Assembly (NCBI GenBank): GCA_008632985.1
Contig: QPGO01000054.1
Coordinates: 124,001-188,000, forward strand
Direction of reading: 5' to 3'
Origin: Psammoneis japonica
Taxonomy: Eukaryota
DNA: 64,000 bases
Made by a program: the position numbers and the translations under genes. Positions 36,403 to 50,321 of this stretch are shown piece by piece. Position 1 is the first letter of the stretch; the number at the start of each line of letters is the position of its first letter. The notes below the pieces were generated by a model. The model ran no database searches. It saw only the letters and a program-made list of their open reading frames with translations, and was not told the DNA's origin.

Positions 36403-37171
36403 GTGTTTTCTTTTTTTCTTCTTTTTGAAGTTTTGGGATGAGTTCGCGTTCGCATCCGCCATCACAAATCAGTCGTGAAATGCTCCTCAAATTCGCCACC
36501 TCTCGTGAATTCGTGAATCAAGGTCGCGCAAAATGATTCGTTCGTTCCCATCCTCGCGACCCCCCTTCACTGCTAAGGGTTACAGTTCACTTTGGACTTT
36601 AAAGAAAGGACGAAAGCACACATGGAACTTCATATTGCATCTGGGGGAAGGTTGGAGATGATGTAGCTATGACCACATCATGCTGTAGCTCATTGAGAGA
36701 GATTGTCTGCTTCTCATTCGACGTGACGCCACCAAAACGAGTCGCGCTTGGGGCACGTGGCGAAGAGGAAGAATCTTCCTCACGATTGATGAAACTTCAT
36801 TCGGAACGAGAAGGGCCAATCGATGTCATCACAAATAGTGTCCCAAAAAAAAGAAGAGAGTTCTCATCAACAACTGCAAGTCAAACTAGAGCATAGAATT
36901 CCTCTTGGTTTGTGTTTAAAATTGTTCGGGCGTTACCATCCCGATCGTTGACAAGCCTGTCTCACGCTTGCCCATTCACCGCCGTGCTTTCTCGTCTTTC
37001 ACCCCTCTGCCAGAAGCAATCCCGCGGTAAAGACCTTTTTGCGCACCTCTCTTTCTAAATGATACTCCAAGATGAAATCCTCAAACGTCTCAGTCACCAA
37101 AACCGTCCCTGCGCCCAAAAGCCGCTGAGACCGACGAGCTTCATGATTGGGTTACCGAGCCAGGATTAGGG

Positions 37172-37513
37172 TTGACTAGCACAGGTGCCTTCGGAGGTGC
37201 TCGTGATTTCAATGCTATTGCAGCTCATGTGCAATCCTCCGATCGCACCAACTGCTGCGAGATTTGGTGCTACCGCGTTGGCTCCGCCTGTTGCTTTGGC
37301 ACCTGTCCCGACCTCTGGCCATGCACATGTTGCATGGAGAGCAGATCCCGAGCTCTCAAAGAACAATACGAACAAAAGCACCAGCTCAAACATCGTCCTA
37401 TTCCTTGTCACAGCTGCAACAAAGCACTCTACGCTGATTATTACTTCACCGCGCAGGTGATGCGAGAACATGAAGCTCGCTACGGTGTTCCCATTGTGAT
37501 GGAACGCGAATGA
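37172..37513 (+). CDS. possible Cys-rich (PLAC8-like) protein or terminal exon
   Basis: CCEIWC..ACCFGTC..PCTCC..RALKEQY..PC..C..QVMRE. There is no clear ATG start. Confidence 0.35.
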   Translation: MTSTGAFGGARDFNAIAAHVQSSDRTNCCEIWCYRVGSACCFGTCPDLWPCTCCMESRSRALKEQYEQKHQLKHRPIPCHSCNKALYADYYFTAQVMREHEARYGVPIVMERE

Positions 37514-37969
37514 TTTTGTTGACAAAACAGAGTGCGCGTGCATCAATTGGAATGGGAAGGGTTAAAAGAAGAGTGCGAAGACCGAGGAAACGTGCATTAT
37601 AAATTAGATTACCCATTAGCACATAGCTAGAGTCAGCTATCGCTACATATCGTTGTAGGGAAACTTGAAGGGTTCCTCTATTAGTCACAGCTGCGCGTTT
37701 CTAAGGTTTCTTTGCAAGACTGGCCTTTGTCGCGCAAAAACGATCGTTGCGAACGGCCGGCGATGAGAACAAGTGATCCGTATATGGGGCTACTTCGTTG
37801 GAACAAGGGCACGGACCGCTGGCCTGGCAAGGGACTTGCTCTTCGTAGTATGTTTCTAGAGTTTACTTGTTTCATTCATCTACTTGTACTTAAATTTTTT
37901 CATACGGCTTTTTTATTCTGTATGGCGTGTGGCTGAAGCGAGGCGGCATAAATTGATGCAATCTTGCAA

Positions 37970-38278
37970 TTACGACGAGTTTTTCGGTGGCGGTTTCGGC
38001 ATGGGATTCTCCTCCATGGTTACTGACCAGTTTGGGCTTGTTTTATCTCCGCCCGTCATGACATATTCATCGAATTGTCGCAGCTGATCTAAGCCTTTGT
38101 ATGCAATACCGATCTTCTTTTTTGTTTCTTCGTCGTCAGGATTGAGATGTTTGTTTTCTCTAAACTCTTCTCGAATTGCCTGATAAATACCGAAACGGTT
38201 CTTTGATGGGTATGTCGCGCAGGACCGGAGTAAGCGTCGGTACAAGAACAACAGGGATTTTCCACCAGCTTCCGCCAT
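37970..38278 (-). CDS. LYR-motif (Complex1_LYR) mitochondrial protein
   Basis: LFLYRRLLRSCATYPSKNRFGIYQAIREEFRENK. Confidence 0.85.
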   Translation of the reverse strand: MAEAGGKSLLFLYRRLLRSCATYPSKNRFGIYQAIREEFRENKHLNPDDEETKKKIGIAYKGLDQLRQFDEYVMTGGDKTSPNWSVTMEENPMPKPPPKNSS

Positions 38279-38829
38279 TGTTAAAATACAAAAAGAAAGC
38301 AAGAGAACAAAAATGGGCGGCTCAAACGTTTATCTTTGTGCTTGCAACTCGTGAACAGCGACCGCGACGCAACGAATTGAGAATGCGACAACGACACAAC
38401 GCTGATGATGCGATGAGCGATGATGCGTCAAATAAAACAGCAACGCGACGAACGATAAAATGCGACCTCGGACCTCGACTTCGCGGTGCTTGTTCAGGAT
38501 CACAAATCGCAAGGCACATTTGGTTTATTGCTGTGTTGTTTTGTTCTTGTTAGCCTGGAAGACACTTTCATCCAATTTTTCCAATCCGGTGAGACAAAGT
38601 AGCATGCCGACGTGTGTAGTACACTGAAGGCTGCGTTGGGCCCAGAATGTTCAACAATTGACTCCGTGGAGATCGGGAACAGGAAACACAAAGTTGGAGG
38701 CTGCACGCGAGTGCATTTTTCTATTCCGACACCAACCCGCCGCACACCGCGCGCCATCATCACTGTTATCTTCGCCTTTCACTCTAGAAACACACTTACA
38801 AGCAAATAGGAGTGCTACTGTGCGGAACC

Positions 38830-40789
38830 ATGACAGGAATACCGGATGAAGTCACTCTGGAAGTCGACCTTGCGCCGCTGTTGGCTCATTCGGTGAGGCT
38901 GCTCCGGACAATCCAAGGATTGCTGTTGAATTGCTCCTCCGATAATGTTCGTGCGCATTTGCGGACTCATGGTGTTTCAATCGTCTATGACGTGAGATTG
39001 CCACGAAACGATACCACCTTTACTAAGAAAGACGTTCTTGAGTCTCCTTTCTTTGTTATCCAGGATTTGAAACCTCTCCCCAACGTGCAGAATCAAGGGC
39101 GGCGTCTGTCTGGGAACGTCTCGAGGACTAGGAGAAGAGTTCTGGATGACTTTTACGGCTTTGACGTCACTTTCAGGGAGTGGAACGATTTTGAACACTT
39201 AATTGAGCAAGACATTGATGCGCTTGGCGAGTTACCTGAACAATTCCGAAATTGGGGAGAGCTGCTAATACTAGTGCTTTCGAGGTCATCGGACGTGGAA
39301 ATGGGGAAGTCGACGTCAGCAGTACAAGAACTCACAATTTTTCACACCATTATCCGACCTGTTCTGCGAGCTTTTGATTTCCTCGCGAACGTCAACAATG
39401 GCTCTGATGATGATGTTACCTTTCAAACTTTGTCGGCAAACAATACTTTTCTCTTTTCAGAAGGCAAAGAATCTACTCACTTGCCTCGGCTTCTCACAAC
39501 CGACGGGCACCACCTTTGTACCTTCGGCTTTGCAACCAAGGTGGCCAGAATTCAATGGAAGCAGGCCGAAACGGCAGCAGAATCGAACGGAAAAACTGAA
39601 ATGGCAGAAGGAGACAGCGGAAAACAATGCACGACGAGATGCGCTTCAAACCTATTTGAAAGTTGGGACTACCAAGTCGAGCTAGAATGCTTATACGTCA
39701 GTGCCTCCTTCGGATAGAACAAATTCCATTCTCCGTAAACCCGAACTTATTGCTGCTGACGTAAGAAAGGTTCACAGTCTATTCGATTCTAATAAAATTG
39801 AGCCGCTGGATGCTGTGAAGTTGTGGGCAGCTGTCATGCAGGCATGCATATACAGCGTGAAGGAAGGACGTGTGATGACAATCGTTCAGTCGGCTAGAAT
39901 GTGGTGGTTCATTCGGCTCGCCGACAATGATTGTACGGTACACGTTAGCACCGCTTGGAAGGTAGGGTGCCGTAAGTTCTTGGAAACTGTCGTATAATTC
40001 CTCTTGTACGCTCGGGATTGTCACCCCATGAGCATTGGTTCGAGACGACGCTGGGAAAAAGCCATTGTCACAACACATAGAAGAGGAGCAAAGGCATCAA
40101 CGAAGTCTGCGTCGGGGACTAGTACTGATGACAGGCGAAACTCTGGAAATGGCCCAAGAAGAAAGTAGCGGCCACGTGTGTCGGGGGGAACCTCGCGAGG
40201 GGCGATGTTTGATCAAACTAGTATTGGGGACTGCACAGTGGTCTCGTTCGGCATAGAAGACAATCATGAAGAAACTCCTACCTGTTTTAGATACGACAGA
40301 TTTGGTATGGCCATCCCGTGGTTCGACCAGATAGGCGACAGCTTGGAAATGTTGGGGCGTGGACGAAGTTCGGAAGTCACAAAGGTACTTTGGCAATCTC
40401 GTCATGTTGCCCTGAAGACTTTCATTCTGCAGTCCGATGACGACAGCAGCCTTCGAGATGTCTACGAACACGAACTTCAAGTGCTCTGGTCATTGCGTGA
40501 TCTCTGGAGAAAGCACGTACCTGAACTTCTTTTCCACAAGCCTTGGCCGACATCGCCAATGATCGGACTTGAACTTGGTGAAAGTCTCCCCGAGGACATG
40601 TCCGAATGGACTGATGTAGATCTACAGAAGGCCGAAGAGACGATCCAAAAGATTCGTGACCTCGGATGGTGTCAGGTCGATGTGAGAGGGGCCAATTTCG
40701 TGCGCCTTGGAGGCACAACTCGAGGCAGCGAAGGCTACATTGCAATGATAGATTTTGAGAGCATGGAAAGGGTGGAAGACGCAGTATGA
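38830..40789 (+). pseudogene. disrupted gene: nuclease-like region plus C-terminal kinase-like domain
   Basis: Kinase-like LGRGRSSEV..VALK..E..DVRGANF..IDFE. There is one frameshift near 39530, then a single frame with premature stops at 39683 (TAG), 39995 (TAA) and 40166 (TAG). Confidence 0.7.
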
Positions 40790-41199
40790 GCATTCAGGAT
40801 ACCTCAACGAAAGGTCCGCCAAGGAAGAACCAACGAAACGGCACGCATTTGAATTTTTGCTTGTATTATAATTCTAATAATGACTTTGCTTCCCAACTCT
40901 GTTCTACTGTATGGGCGTCCTTTTGGAGTGGTATGTGAATGGGTATTTAGGAAAAGAAACAACATTTTAGCTTGCCTTAGATCAACAACAACAGCTTGGG
41001 TTGATCGGTTCGGGCTCCGCTTGCTTTATGTGTGACCAGAAATTTGTCATCACGTGATTTCTCACGACAGACGACGAGCGAGAACGGACCTCTATCTTTC
41101 TTTCCCTCTCTTCATGTTTTTTTCCTTGTCCAAAACGCCACACAGGCAACAATTGATTGATCGATCGATTGATTGAGACACCTTTGATGTCGACGCAAG

Positions 41200-43740
41200 G
41201 GAGAGAGAAACACATCCTTGTTCAACAGTGTCAGACTTCACCTGGGAAATGTTGGCGAACGAAATCTTTTCCCATGAGGAGGATGAATTCTCATCATTTG
41301 CGGACAACAAGAAAAACAACCCAAGCATCCTCACATTGCTGCCCTTCTTTCTGTCTCAGCCCATTCCAAGAATCATCCTGTAGACAGAGACTCCATCATC
41401 TTTGTTGCAAGCTGCGGGTGATGCGACATCACCTCATCCCCTGTCTGGGTGCTTTCCTCCTTCTTGCTGCGCACGGCTGGTGACAAGACAATCATGATGA
41501 GCAATGACAACAACAGCTCTGATGGAGCTCCTTTTCATGTCAAGTCCATGTGTCACAGCAAGTGGAACAATGAAAGAAAGGATGTGTTGTTCGTGTTGGA
41601 ATCCTGCGACCAAGACTTTGTGATGCATTGCCGCCAGATTGAAGCCAATGATCTGAGTGTGACATCATTTGAGATTGACAAGGACACCAGTTTGACCCCA
41701 GTGTGGCCAAAGCATTTGGTCATGCCATGCAACACAATGCCTTCATTCAATGCATTTGTTCACCCCTGCAGCACCTGGCAACAACAAAAGGCATGGCAAC
41801 AATCGTCAACTTGTGCGCGACCTTTTTGATGCACAATCTGTCACTTTGTGCCATCCAAATCATCATGTCAACAAACAATGAAGCACCCTGCCAAGCAAGT
41901 CGAAAAAATGAGGAGATGATGCCATCATTGAATGTGCAGAGCAAACATGGCCAGAGTTGTGATGGCTTCTTCATGGTCCAGAGGGTGGTTGCCACGCAAA
42001 GGGTGGGTGGTGCACATTGCAGCTGCTGCAGGAGGGCAACAGCATGACACTGAGAGTGTGCTGCCAAGCTCTCAGGGCCAGCAGCCCAGTTTGGTTTTGA
42101 GAGCCAAGAAACCCAATGAACACAAAGCACCAGCAGCTCCCCTGCTCCAGATGCTCCAGTGACGGCTTGGTTGTTTGAGCACCACATTGACTCAAATGCT
42201 GCATTTGGGGTGGGCTGGAGAGAAGAAAAACTTGTCAGCTTGTCCACCACTTGCTTCACATGCTGCATTGTGAGCAAGCTCTTCAAAAAAGAGTGAGAAG
42301 TGCTGGAAACAGTGCTGCAGTCATTTTGGCAACTCTTGGGCCACCCACTCAGCATGCTCAGTGACTCTTCTTGTGCCCAACCTTCTTGCATGGAGTTTCT
42401 TCACTTTTTAACCATCAAACCACAAGCAGGGTCATCACCAGAAATGATTTTTTACCACTGACCAGAAACACTTCTCACTTTAACACTGACCAGAAACATT
42501 TCTTGGCACTGGCCAGGAAGCTTTTTCTCTGCTGGCCAGAACTGTGTCTTGCCACCATCTCTCTGGAAATGTTTTTTGCCACCATTGGCCAGAAATGTTT
42601 CTCACCACTCACCAGAAACAGTTTCACCACTGCTGGATAGAAACTTTTCTTGCCAGCAACTTGCAAGAAATGTTTTTTGCCACTGGCCAGAAACATTTCT
42701 CACCAATGGCCAGAAATGTTTCTCTCACTCACCAGAAACGATTCTCTCATCACTGGCCAGAAATGTTTCTCACCACTCCTTGCCAGAAACATTTTTCATC
42801 ACTGGCCAGAAACGTTTCTCACCACTCCTCACCAGAAACATTTTTCACCACTGGCCAGAAACATTGCTGCCAACCAGCAATGTTTTCAGCCAATGGCAAG
42901 AAACATTTCTCACCACTTGCCAGAAATGATTTTTGCCACTGGCTGGCCAGAAATGTTTCTTGCCACTCACCACAAATGTTTTCACTGCTGGCCAGAAACA
43001 TTTCTTGCTGCTCAACAGAAATGTTTAGTGTGTTTTGCCATTGGCTGGAAATGTTGATTCTCACCTCTGGTCAGAAACAATGTTTCTTGCTGCTGGCCAG
43101 AAATGCTTTTCATTTCTTTCCACTTGCCAGAAACATCTCTTGCCTCTGGCCAGAAACCTTTCTCACCACTGGCCAGCAATGCTTCTCGCCACTGGCAAGA
43201 AACGTTTCTCACCACTTGGACTCACCAAAAACATTTCTCACCACTGGCCAGAAACGTTTCTCATCACTCGCCAACAGTTTCGCTTGCAGCCACCTCAAGA
43301 AACTCCCAACTCAGCCACTTTGGCACATGGGTGAATTCAAGCAATTGGACCACTTCCATGTGCTTGGCATGTTTGGCACTCCAACCCCTCATCCCAGATG
43401 AGGCTGTGATTGCCCTGTGACCCCATTGGCAATGTGATGTAAAAACAGACGGAACCTGTTGTTCCTGATGCCACTGCAATGCAGGTCATGCCCGCACGGC
43501 TCCTGTGGACGACCACTTGATTCCCACCGGCTGCAATCGACTGTTGCAGGAGGTGATGCGGGACAAGCATCAAGAATCCACCTTTTCTTCCATGTTGACA
43601 TCAATGCATTGAAAGTGGAACATCGTCGAAGGAAATCAAAGGAAGATGTGCAGACAGATGACGGAGAAGAAACAAAAGAGGAAGAGAAGAAGCAGTGTGC
43701 TTTTCATTTTTTGTGCTGTGCAATGCACCAGTGACTTGTC
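41200..43740. mobile_element. small hypermutated repeat block, depleted of CpG and TpA
   Basis: Same TG/CA-rich composition as 1435-21145, with no intact gene. Confidence 0.75.
42430..43270. repeat. minisatellite with ~20-25 bp units, consensus about CCACTGGCCAGAAA(CA/TG/CG)TTTCTCA
   Basis: Dozens of CCAGAAA-anchored units are visible. Confidence 0.92.
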
Positions 43741-44109
43741 TTATCCTAAGAGATGATAATCTACGATGGCTGTTTGCGCCACTCAAAAATCAAACTACCT
43801 CAACAAAATGTTTTTCGTTTGGATCCACTCTAGAGCAGCACCGACCAGTCGGTCGATGGTCGAAACGGTTGTCAAGGGTCTGGCCTTGGCACGGTGCGAC
43901 AGCGAGCGACAGCGAGCGACAGCACAGTGCAATCTTTACTACACAATAGGGCCCTAACCGCCCGCAACCCGCAAAGAGAGAGCTTGTGAAGACGCGACGT
44001 GGCTGATTGCTGAGCATCGAGGAAGAAAACAAGGATTGGGATAGTGTACTGTATCCACGACGAGCGAAGCAAACATTGAGTACCAGTACGAGAGATTGCT
44101 CTTTCAGAG

Positions 44110-44403
44110 ATGGTTCAACCGAACGACGTGGTGAATCTCTGGCTGTATGTTGATGAATGGACCAGATGCATTGGATCACGCTATCAAAGAGACCATTTGT
44201 ATCGCCATGGAAGCTTTGATTCCTGTACAGCTCGGTGGAATGACATCAAGATAGCCTTTCGTGCAAAGTCACTGAGCGATCCAGAAGAAGCCAAAAAAAT
44301 GTTAGAAGACACGCACTATAAACAAAACCTCGGAAGTGACCCAACAAAGTCTCCCACTGCAGGTGTAATTTGGGAGCTGAAAGAAACACCCGGATGGGAA
44401 TGA
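44110..44403 (+). CDS. DUF3128 / EMI1 / C22orf39-like small protein
   Basis: DEWTRCIGSRYQRDHLYRHGSFDSCTARWNDIKIAFRAK...VIWELKETP. Confidence 0.75.
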   Translation: MVQPNDVVNLWLYVDEWTRCIGSRYQRDHLYRHGSFDSCTARWNDIKIAFRAKSLSDPEEAKKMLEDTHYKQNLGSDPTKSPTAGVIWELKETPGWE

Positions 44404-44600
44404 ACGTGCTGATAAATTGCCTGCTAATAACACAGTACTCCTGCTTGCAACAAGTGTGTACTGTATAGTATGCGTATAGAAAGGACCCAGAACTACAAAC
44501 AATGTTTTATAAGCAACTACAGCTCAAGATGCGTCGCCCCAATAACGTCATATTACTGGCCAGATTTTTCACTCCAAAAGCATGAGCTACGAGTCCGTCA

Positions 44601-47600
44601 TTAGTAGCCGGGCTGCTGCATTTGCGGCGGAGGCATTCCATTTGGTGGCATGCCATTCGGAGGCATACCGTTTGGAGGCATCATCTGAGGTTGGCCACCG
44701 ACTCCGAATCCCGACATGTCGATTCCACCACCTGGAGTGGGCTGCGGCATCGACATACCACCGTTCTCAATCATAAGCATACCAGAGCCAAATCCTCCGA
44801 GATTCCCGTAGGTCTGAGCAATTCCATCTTGAGCAGTCTCAGACTCCTTAGGCGGCGCAGTGCGTTCTTCCAAATTCTTCAGACGGATGTGGGTGTTTCT
44901 GAAAGTCTGGATGAAGAACGGCATGATAAAGTTGTGGTATCCATTGAGCCATCCAAGCTCGAGAGCAACATCTGGGCTGATATGCTCAAAGCATGTGTAA
45001 AGAGCAGCGCAGAAGCATTCCTTCTCTGAAGTTTCGCAGAAGAAGCGAAGAAGGTTCTCGATAATTTCAGCGTCAGCAGATTCATTAGCAGTGTCGATGC
45101 AGTCCTTCCACATACGATCACCCTTCGAAAGCTCAATAGATTGAGACCACTTCTTGTTGCATCTGTAGACATAAGCAGAAATTCGGCGGAACTCCAAAAG
45201 CTCGTGTGTAGAAAGCTTCGAGGCAAGTGCAATCATATTGAAGTTCTTGAAGCTATCAATAGATGAACGAAGCGATTCGTAATCTTCGTCTTCGACGTAA
45301 AGCTACAGTAGAAAATAAAAGGAAACGGGTCAGTCTCAATTCCTCCGTAAGTAGTCGCACACAAGAAACCATTGGAACATATATACGTACCTCGTTAAGC
45401 GCCTCATTGACAGGACTCAAGTTACGGTTCTGCACGGACTTCATGTAAGGCTGTCCGAGCTTCAGGGCCGAGTCACCCATACGTCTCAACTGGCCAACAA
45501 CTCGTGAGTGGTCGATATTCTCCTCGAGAACTTCCATCAACCTTGTAAAGAGCATGGGATGCGTGTTGACGTAGTAGTTCACAGCTTTGTACATGACTTC
45601 TTGGTTGCGAACCTTCACAATAGAATCCAAGAACAAGTCGTTCTCCCAAGCAGGAGCGCGCTCCATCATTACCTTGACAGCACTGTCGTGTTCCTTGTTC
45701 TGCATGTAAAGGTACACAGCCGGTGGGTAGAGCCTGGCACGTTCGCAAGCACGAACAACCTTGGAAACGTTGAGCTTGCTGAAGAATACCTTGCAATGCT
45801 CCATCACCTTCTCCGGCACGTGCTTGGTGTAGAGGACACCCAACTCCGTGAAGATACCAATGTGTGCATCCTCGAGACCGATACCTTGTTCAAAGAGCGA
45901 GACAAGGTGGGTGAAATGCCCCAAGTCGGAGTAGTAGGTTACAACCTCGTCCACGTGATCGGGGTACTTGATGACCTCCAAACCACAAGTGGCAGCAAGC
46001 CTGAATTCCTCGGCTCGCAAGCAAGCAAAGCACACCGCCTTCCATGTCGAGACGTTGTTGGCTTTCTGCGCAGCAGCAACGGCCTCTCGGTACTCCTCGA
46101 GATGAATGTGACACAGAGCAAGCTTTGAATTGTTGTTGATATTGATGAACAAAATCTTCGCTGCATGGTAGAGACCTTCCGAGAAACATCTGTCACCAAT
46201 TCCTTGAATGTTGGCAACGTTGGGTCCGTTGACAAAGACTTCCAATTCGGTAAGATTGTCGGTCTTGGCATACGCGTAGATGAGTTCCGTGTCGAGAAGG
46301 TTCTCCTGCAGCGTCTTCCTTGCCATTTTGAGGTAAGGAATAAGCTCGGTCCAGATTCCAGCCTCGTTCGCCTGATCGCAAACCATGACATATTCGCTCG
46401 GGTCCTCGGCGTTGATGAAACTCTCAATGGCGTCCGCCGGGAATTTCTCCTCGAGTTGAGCCTTACCGAGCCTGGACCAGACGGGCTTCTCGTCGCACTG
46501 AGTCGCATAGGCCTTTGCACGATCGAGATCCTTCATGTGGTCCACAAGCACACCAATGGCGAGAACCTGGTATTCAGTCTGCTCTTCCTGGTCGGGAGTG
46601 TGCTCCGGCTTAGAAAACTTGACGTAAATGCTGAAGGCTTCCTCGAAAAGTTCGTGGCTTTCGGAAGCACAAATAAGGGCGATATCCTTCGCATCAAAGT
46701 TATCGAGTTGGTCAATATATCCAGCAACACGGGACGGATCAGCACGAATGGCGGTAAGGATGAGCAAGTTCTGAAGATTCTTGTTGTCCGAGAAATCGGA
46801 ACCCTGGAGGATGATCCTTTCGAGCAAACTAATAAGTTCACCGGGGAGGTCAGCAGCCATAAACGCCTTGACAGTACAGGAAACCTCGTCGGCGTTGGTA
46901 GATTCGGGCAACGCCCACTCCACAATCTGGTCGATAAGCTGTCGGCGCTTGGGATCCTCTTCCGTCTCTTCCTCTCCTTCTGGCTTGTTCAGAACCTTGG
47001 CCCAAAGATCCATGTCTTGCCGCTCCACAAGGTACTTTGCAAGATCACGGTAGAGACCATGCGTGTGACTGACCTTGATGAGTTCATCGTCACATTCGCC
47101 GGCACCCTTCTTGTACGCGATAAAAGCAAGCTGGGGGTCGAGGGCTTCGCAGTATGGGCCAAGAACCTTCGGGTCGTAGAACATGTTGTTCACAAGGAAC
47201 GCCTTCGGGTCGCGGTTGAGCGTAATGTAAATCTTTCCGAGGGCATTGTGCGTGCCCGGCTCGGTGCTTCCGGTAGCGACACGAGCTTCAAGCCACGGCT
47301 GCAAAAGACGAAGGCGGTTTCTGGTCTCGGCCATCTCGACGAGTTCGTCAACGGGGCAGGCGGTACCCACAGCCATAAGGATACGCTTGATAAAGTCCTC
47401 GTTGGCTCCAAGGTCGAAAAGCTTTCCAACAACCTGAGGGGTCTTGGTCGGCGACACCTTTGTGACATAAACCTCAATGTACTGTAGGAGGCTGTTCAGG
47501 TACAAGTACTCGGTAAGCTCGTCAACATAGTCGAATCGATCACAAACATGGATAAGCGGCCTAGGATCGGGGAGCTTGGCGCCCTTCAAGTACTCCTTGA

Positions 47601-50321
47601 CTTCTTCCGGCACGTAAATGTTAGAATCACGGCACACGCGCTCAGCTTCCTTGAACTGTCCAAGCATACAAGACGCCTGAATGTACTTGAAATGAACATA
47701 GGCATCCTCAGAAACGTTGACAACGGCTCCAAGATAGTAATAGAGACCCTCCGTGGCCTTGGCGTTCTCGAAAACGGCGATAAGGTCCTCAGATCCAAGC
47801 TCGTCGTGGTACTTCTTCGCAACCTCGACGCACACTTGCATGTTCTGTGGTCCACGGCTCATCATGTCCTTGAGCAACGAAATACTCTGCTCACGGTTGA
47901 GCTTGCCAAAGTAGTTAACCACGAATTCAGGGTTCATTTGATGACTATTCTTGAACACACGCTTGATATCCGCAATCTCGGTGTAGTGCTCAGCAGCACG
48001 TTGCCACATACCGGCACGCTCGCACAGCTTACCAATGTGCGGACGATCGTAGTGGGTGAGAATTCCCTGCTGCATAATAGCGTCGGCAACTTGGGGAGCG
48101 CCGCCAATCAAGTTAATTTCCAAAAGCTTTGTCTGCAAGTACGCGTGCTCCGGCTTGTTGTCCTTCAATGCCTCGAGAAGGAAAGCAGTGGTTTCTTGAA
48201 CACGGTTGCTGCTGAGGAATGCCTCCGCGGTGGCTTGAATGTCAATAAGAGGACCACCCTCGGCGTTCACAAGACCCTTGGCAAGGTCAAGAGCACCTTG
48301 AGGGTTGTTGAAGAGAAGCTGGCTCAACATTTGAGAGTAATCCATCTGAAATCCCACACTCGTCGTGTACGGGACAATCTTGTCGTATTCTCCGCGTTGC
48401 ACAAAACACTGAACAGCCTTGGCGTGGCATTCGGCACGAAGGTAAACGCTGAGCGCCATTCCAGCGTCGCTCGGCATAATGAGGTCACCAAGCTCCTCGG
48501 AGCACTCGAGCTTGTCGTCTTTGAGCCACTTCTCCATGAGCTGCGGACGACCCTGCTGAAGCACGGGCTTAGCCAACTCAATACTTTCTTGTCGGTTGAG
48601 CTTGCCTGACTCTAGCAACGTTGAAAAGTACTGAAACACCGGCTGAGGCGCACCAGGCTGGGCGGGGATTTGCTGGAAACGGGCAATCGTGGCAGGTGTT
48701 CGGAGCGTGTTTCCACTGGCAGCCACAAGCTTGGCAGCTTCCACAACCTGTCCGGCTCCCATTAGACGCTCAAACTCCGCGGTGTAAAGGTTCTCTGCAC
48801 CAGGCAAATTCAGACGTCCAGCAATCTTGATTGCAAGATCATTGTCGCGAAGAGTCGACGTGATGTACGGAACTAGTGCCTGTCCGTTGAGCATGATACG
48901 GAAGACCTGTCCCTTACGAACGGTAATACCAAACACAGAACCCGATGACGGCTGGTCGCACGTGACAAATACAGTGTCCTGCGTAATTTTGGCACGGTAC
49001 AGGGTCTTTCCGGTGTGAATGTCGAACATGTACGTGTATCCCTGCTTGGTAAGAAGGAACGCGATATCGTCCTTTGTGTCGACAACCAAACTGACTGGAA
49101 AGTCGGCGGCTGCATCGGCGGGAACCGGAATTGTCGTTGGTGGGAGACGGAAAGGTGCACCCTTGGTTGCGTCGCGACCGACTTCCATCACAAAGAGCTT
49201 GGGCGGTTCGGCCGGGTTTTCCGCCTTCTTTTCGTGAAAGACAAGGACCTGTGCGGGATCCTCGCGTCCAGCAAGCTTGATGGTTGCAAAAGACGCGGCG
49301 TGACCTTGAAGCGGTTGAGACACCTTCTTCTCAATACTGTACAGCTGCATGTTTCCGTTCACAGAACCTGCAGCTCCAGCAGAGATTCCACCAAGGACGC
49401 ACCACTTGCCGTCTGGAGCGACCTTGTAATTGATAATCTGCGTACCCGGTCCAAGAGTCTGATGACGATCAAACATCTTGACAGGCGCTGCAGTACCCTC
49501 CAACGCCCAGTGGTAGACAGACGTTCCAGTAATAAGAGCCAAGTTGGATGGGCTGGTCCACTTCCAAAAGACCAGCGGCTCCGGCATGGTATGTGACTTG
49601 ACCTTGGCCTTTGCGTCTAGGTTAAAGATCTGAAGCGTGGTACCGGATCTCAGAGCAAGGATATTCGACGCCGGGTTCATAATCGCGGCCTCAGCTTGAA
49701 TAGGACGACGCGTGACTTGCGCTCCGTTTTGCAAGTCGACCATGGTGACATTCGAGGGCTCCACACAGACGATCCATTTGTCTGATTCCATCGTTGTAAG
49801 CCCATGCTTGATCGACGCCTCGGGAACCCCGAGTTGTTGGAGCTAAACACAAAACAGAAAAACAACACAGAGGTAAGATAACATTACTTGGAAAGCACAT
49901 AAGTCGCTCTCGGGTACATTCTACAGAATCGCCCATCGCTTATCGGTCTAAGAACAGTCAGACGTCTCATAAAATAATCGCAAAATACCAAAAACGTGCC
50001 GTGCCGACTACGAGGGTCACGCCAATGATTCGTGTGAACTGTTCGGTAGCTCAACGAAAAGACTTCTCAACACTACATTCATCCCACAAGTGCGTCGAGA
50101 GTGTTGTACAATCCCTGTTGACCGCCACCGACGAGTTTGCATGGTCACCGATGCCATTGGAAGCGAATAGAGCTTCGCTGTATCTTTTTCGTGTGCGTTG
50201 ACCAATGCCTACGTATCCAGCACGTAGAAAAGGTACCGTCGGCACCATGGGCCAGCAGCACGCGACAGTCATGACTTACATTGAGCGCCTCCTGGAACAC
50301 AACCGGAACCTGCGCCGCCAT
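44601..50321 (-). CDS. CLTC: clathrin heavy chain; exons 50321-50280, 49842-45391 and 45302-44601
   Basis: MAAQVPVVFQEALN|LQQLGV...TMESDKWI, RRPIQAEAAIMNP, CHCR repeats and LNE|LYVEDEDY, with canonical GT-AG introns. Confidence 0.97.

Noticed and set aside
39683..40168. TAR stop-codon reassignment to explain in-frame stops
   Set aside because: Neighbouring conserved genes end in TAA or TAG normally, and the same gene also has a frameshift.
42430..43270. Short periodic repeats resembling a CRISPR array
   Set aside because: There are no unique spacers, the units are degenerate and head-to-tail, no cas genes are present, and the context is eukaryotic.
46165..48609. Long plus-strand ORFs of 440 and 353 aa
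   Set aside because: They are antisense shadows of the clathrin heavy-chain coding sequence; the same applies to antisense ORFs within IleRS.
49843..50279. Long first intron of clathrin as a possible ncRNA host
   Set aside because: No convincing boxes or stems found by eye.
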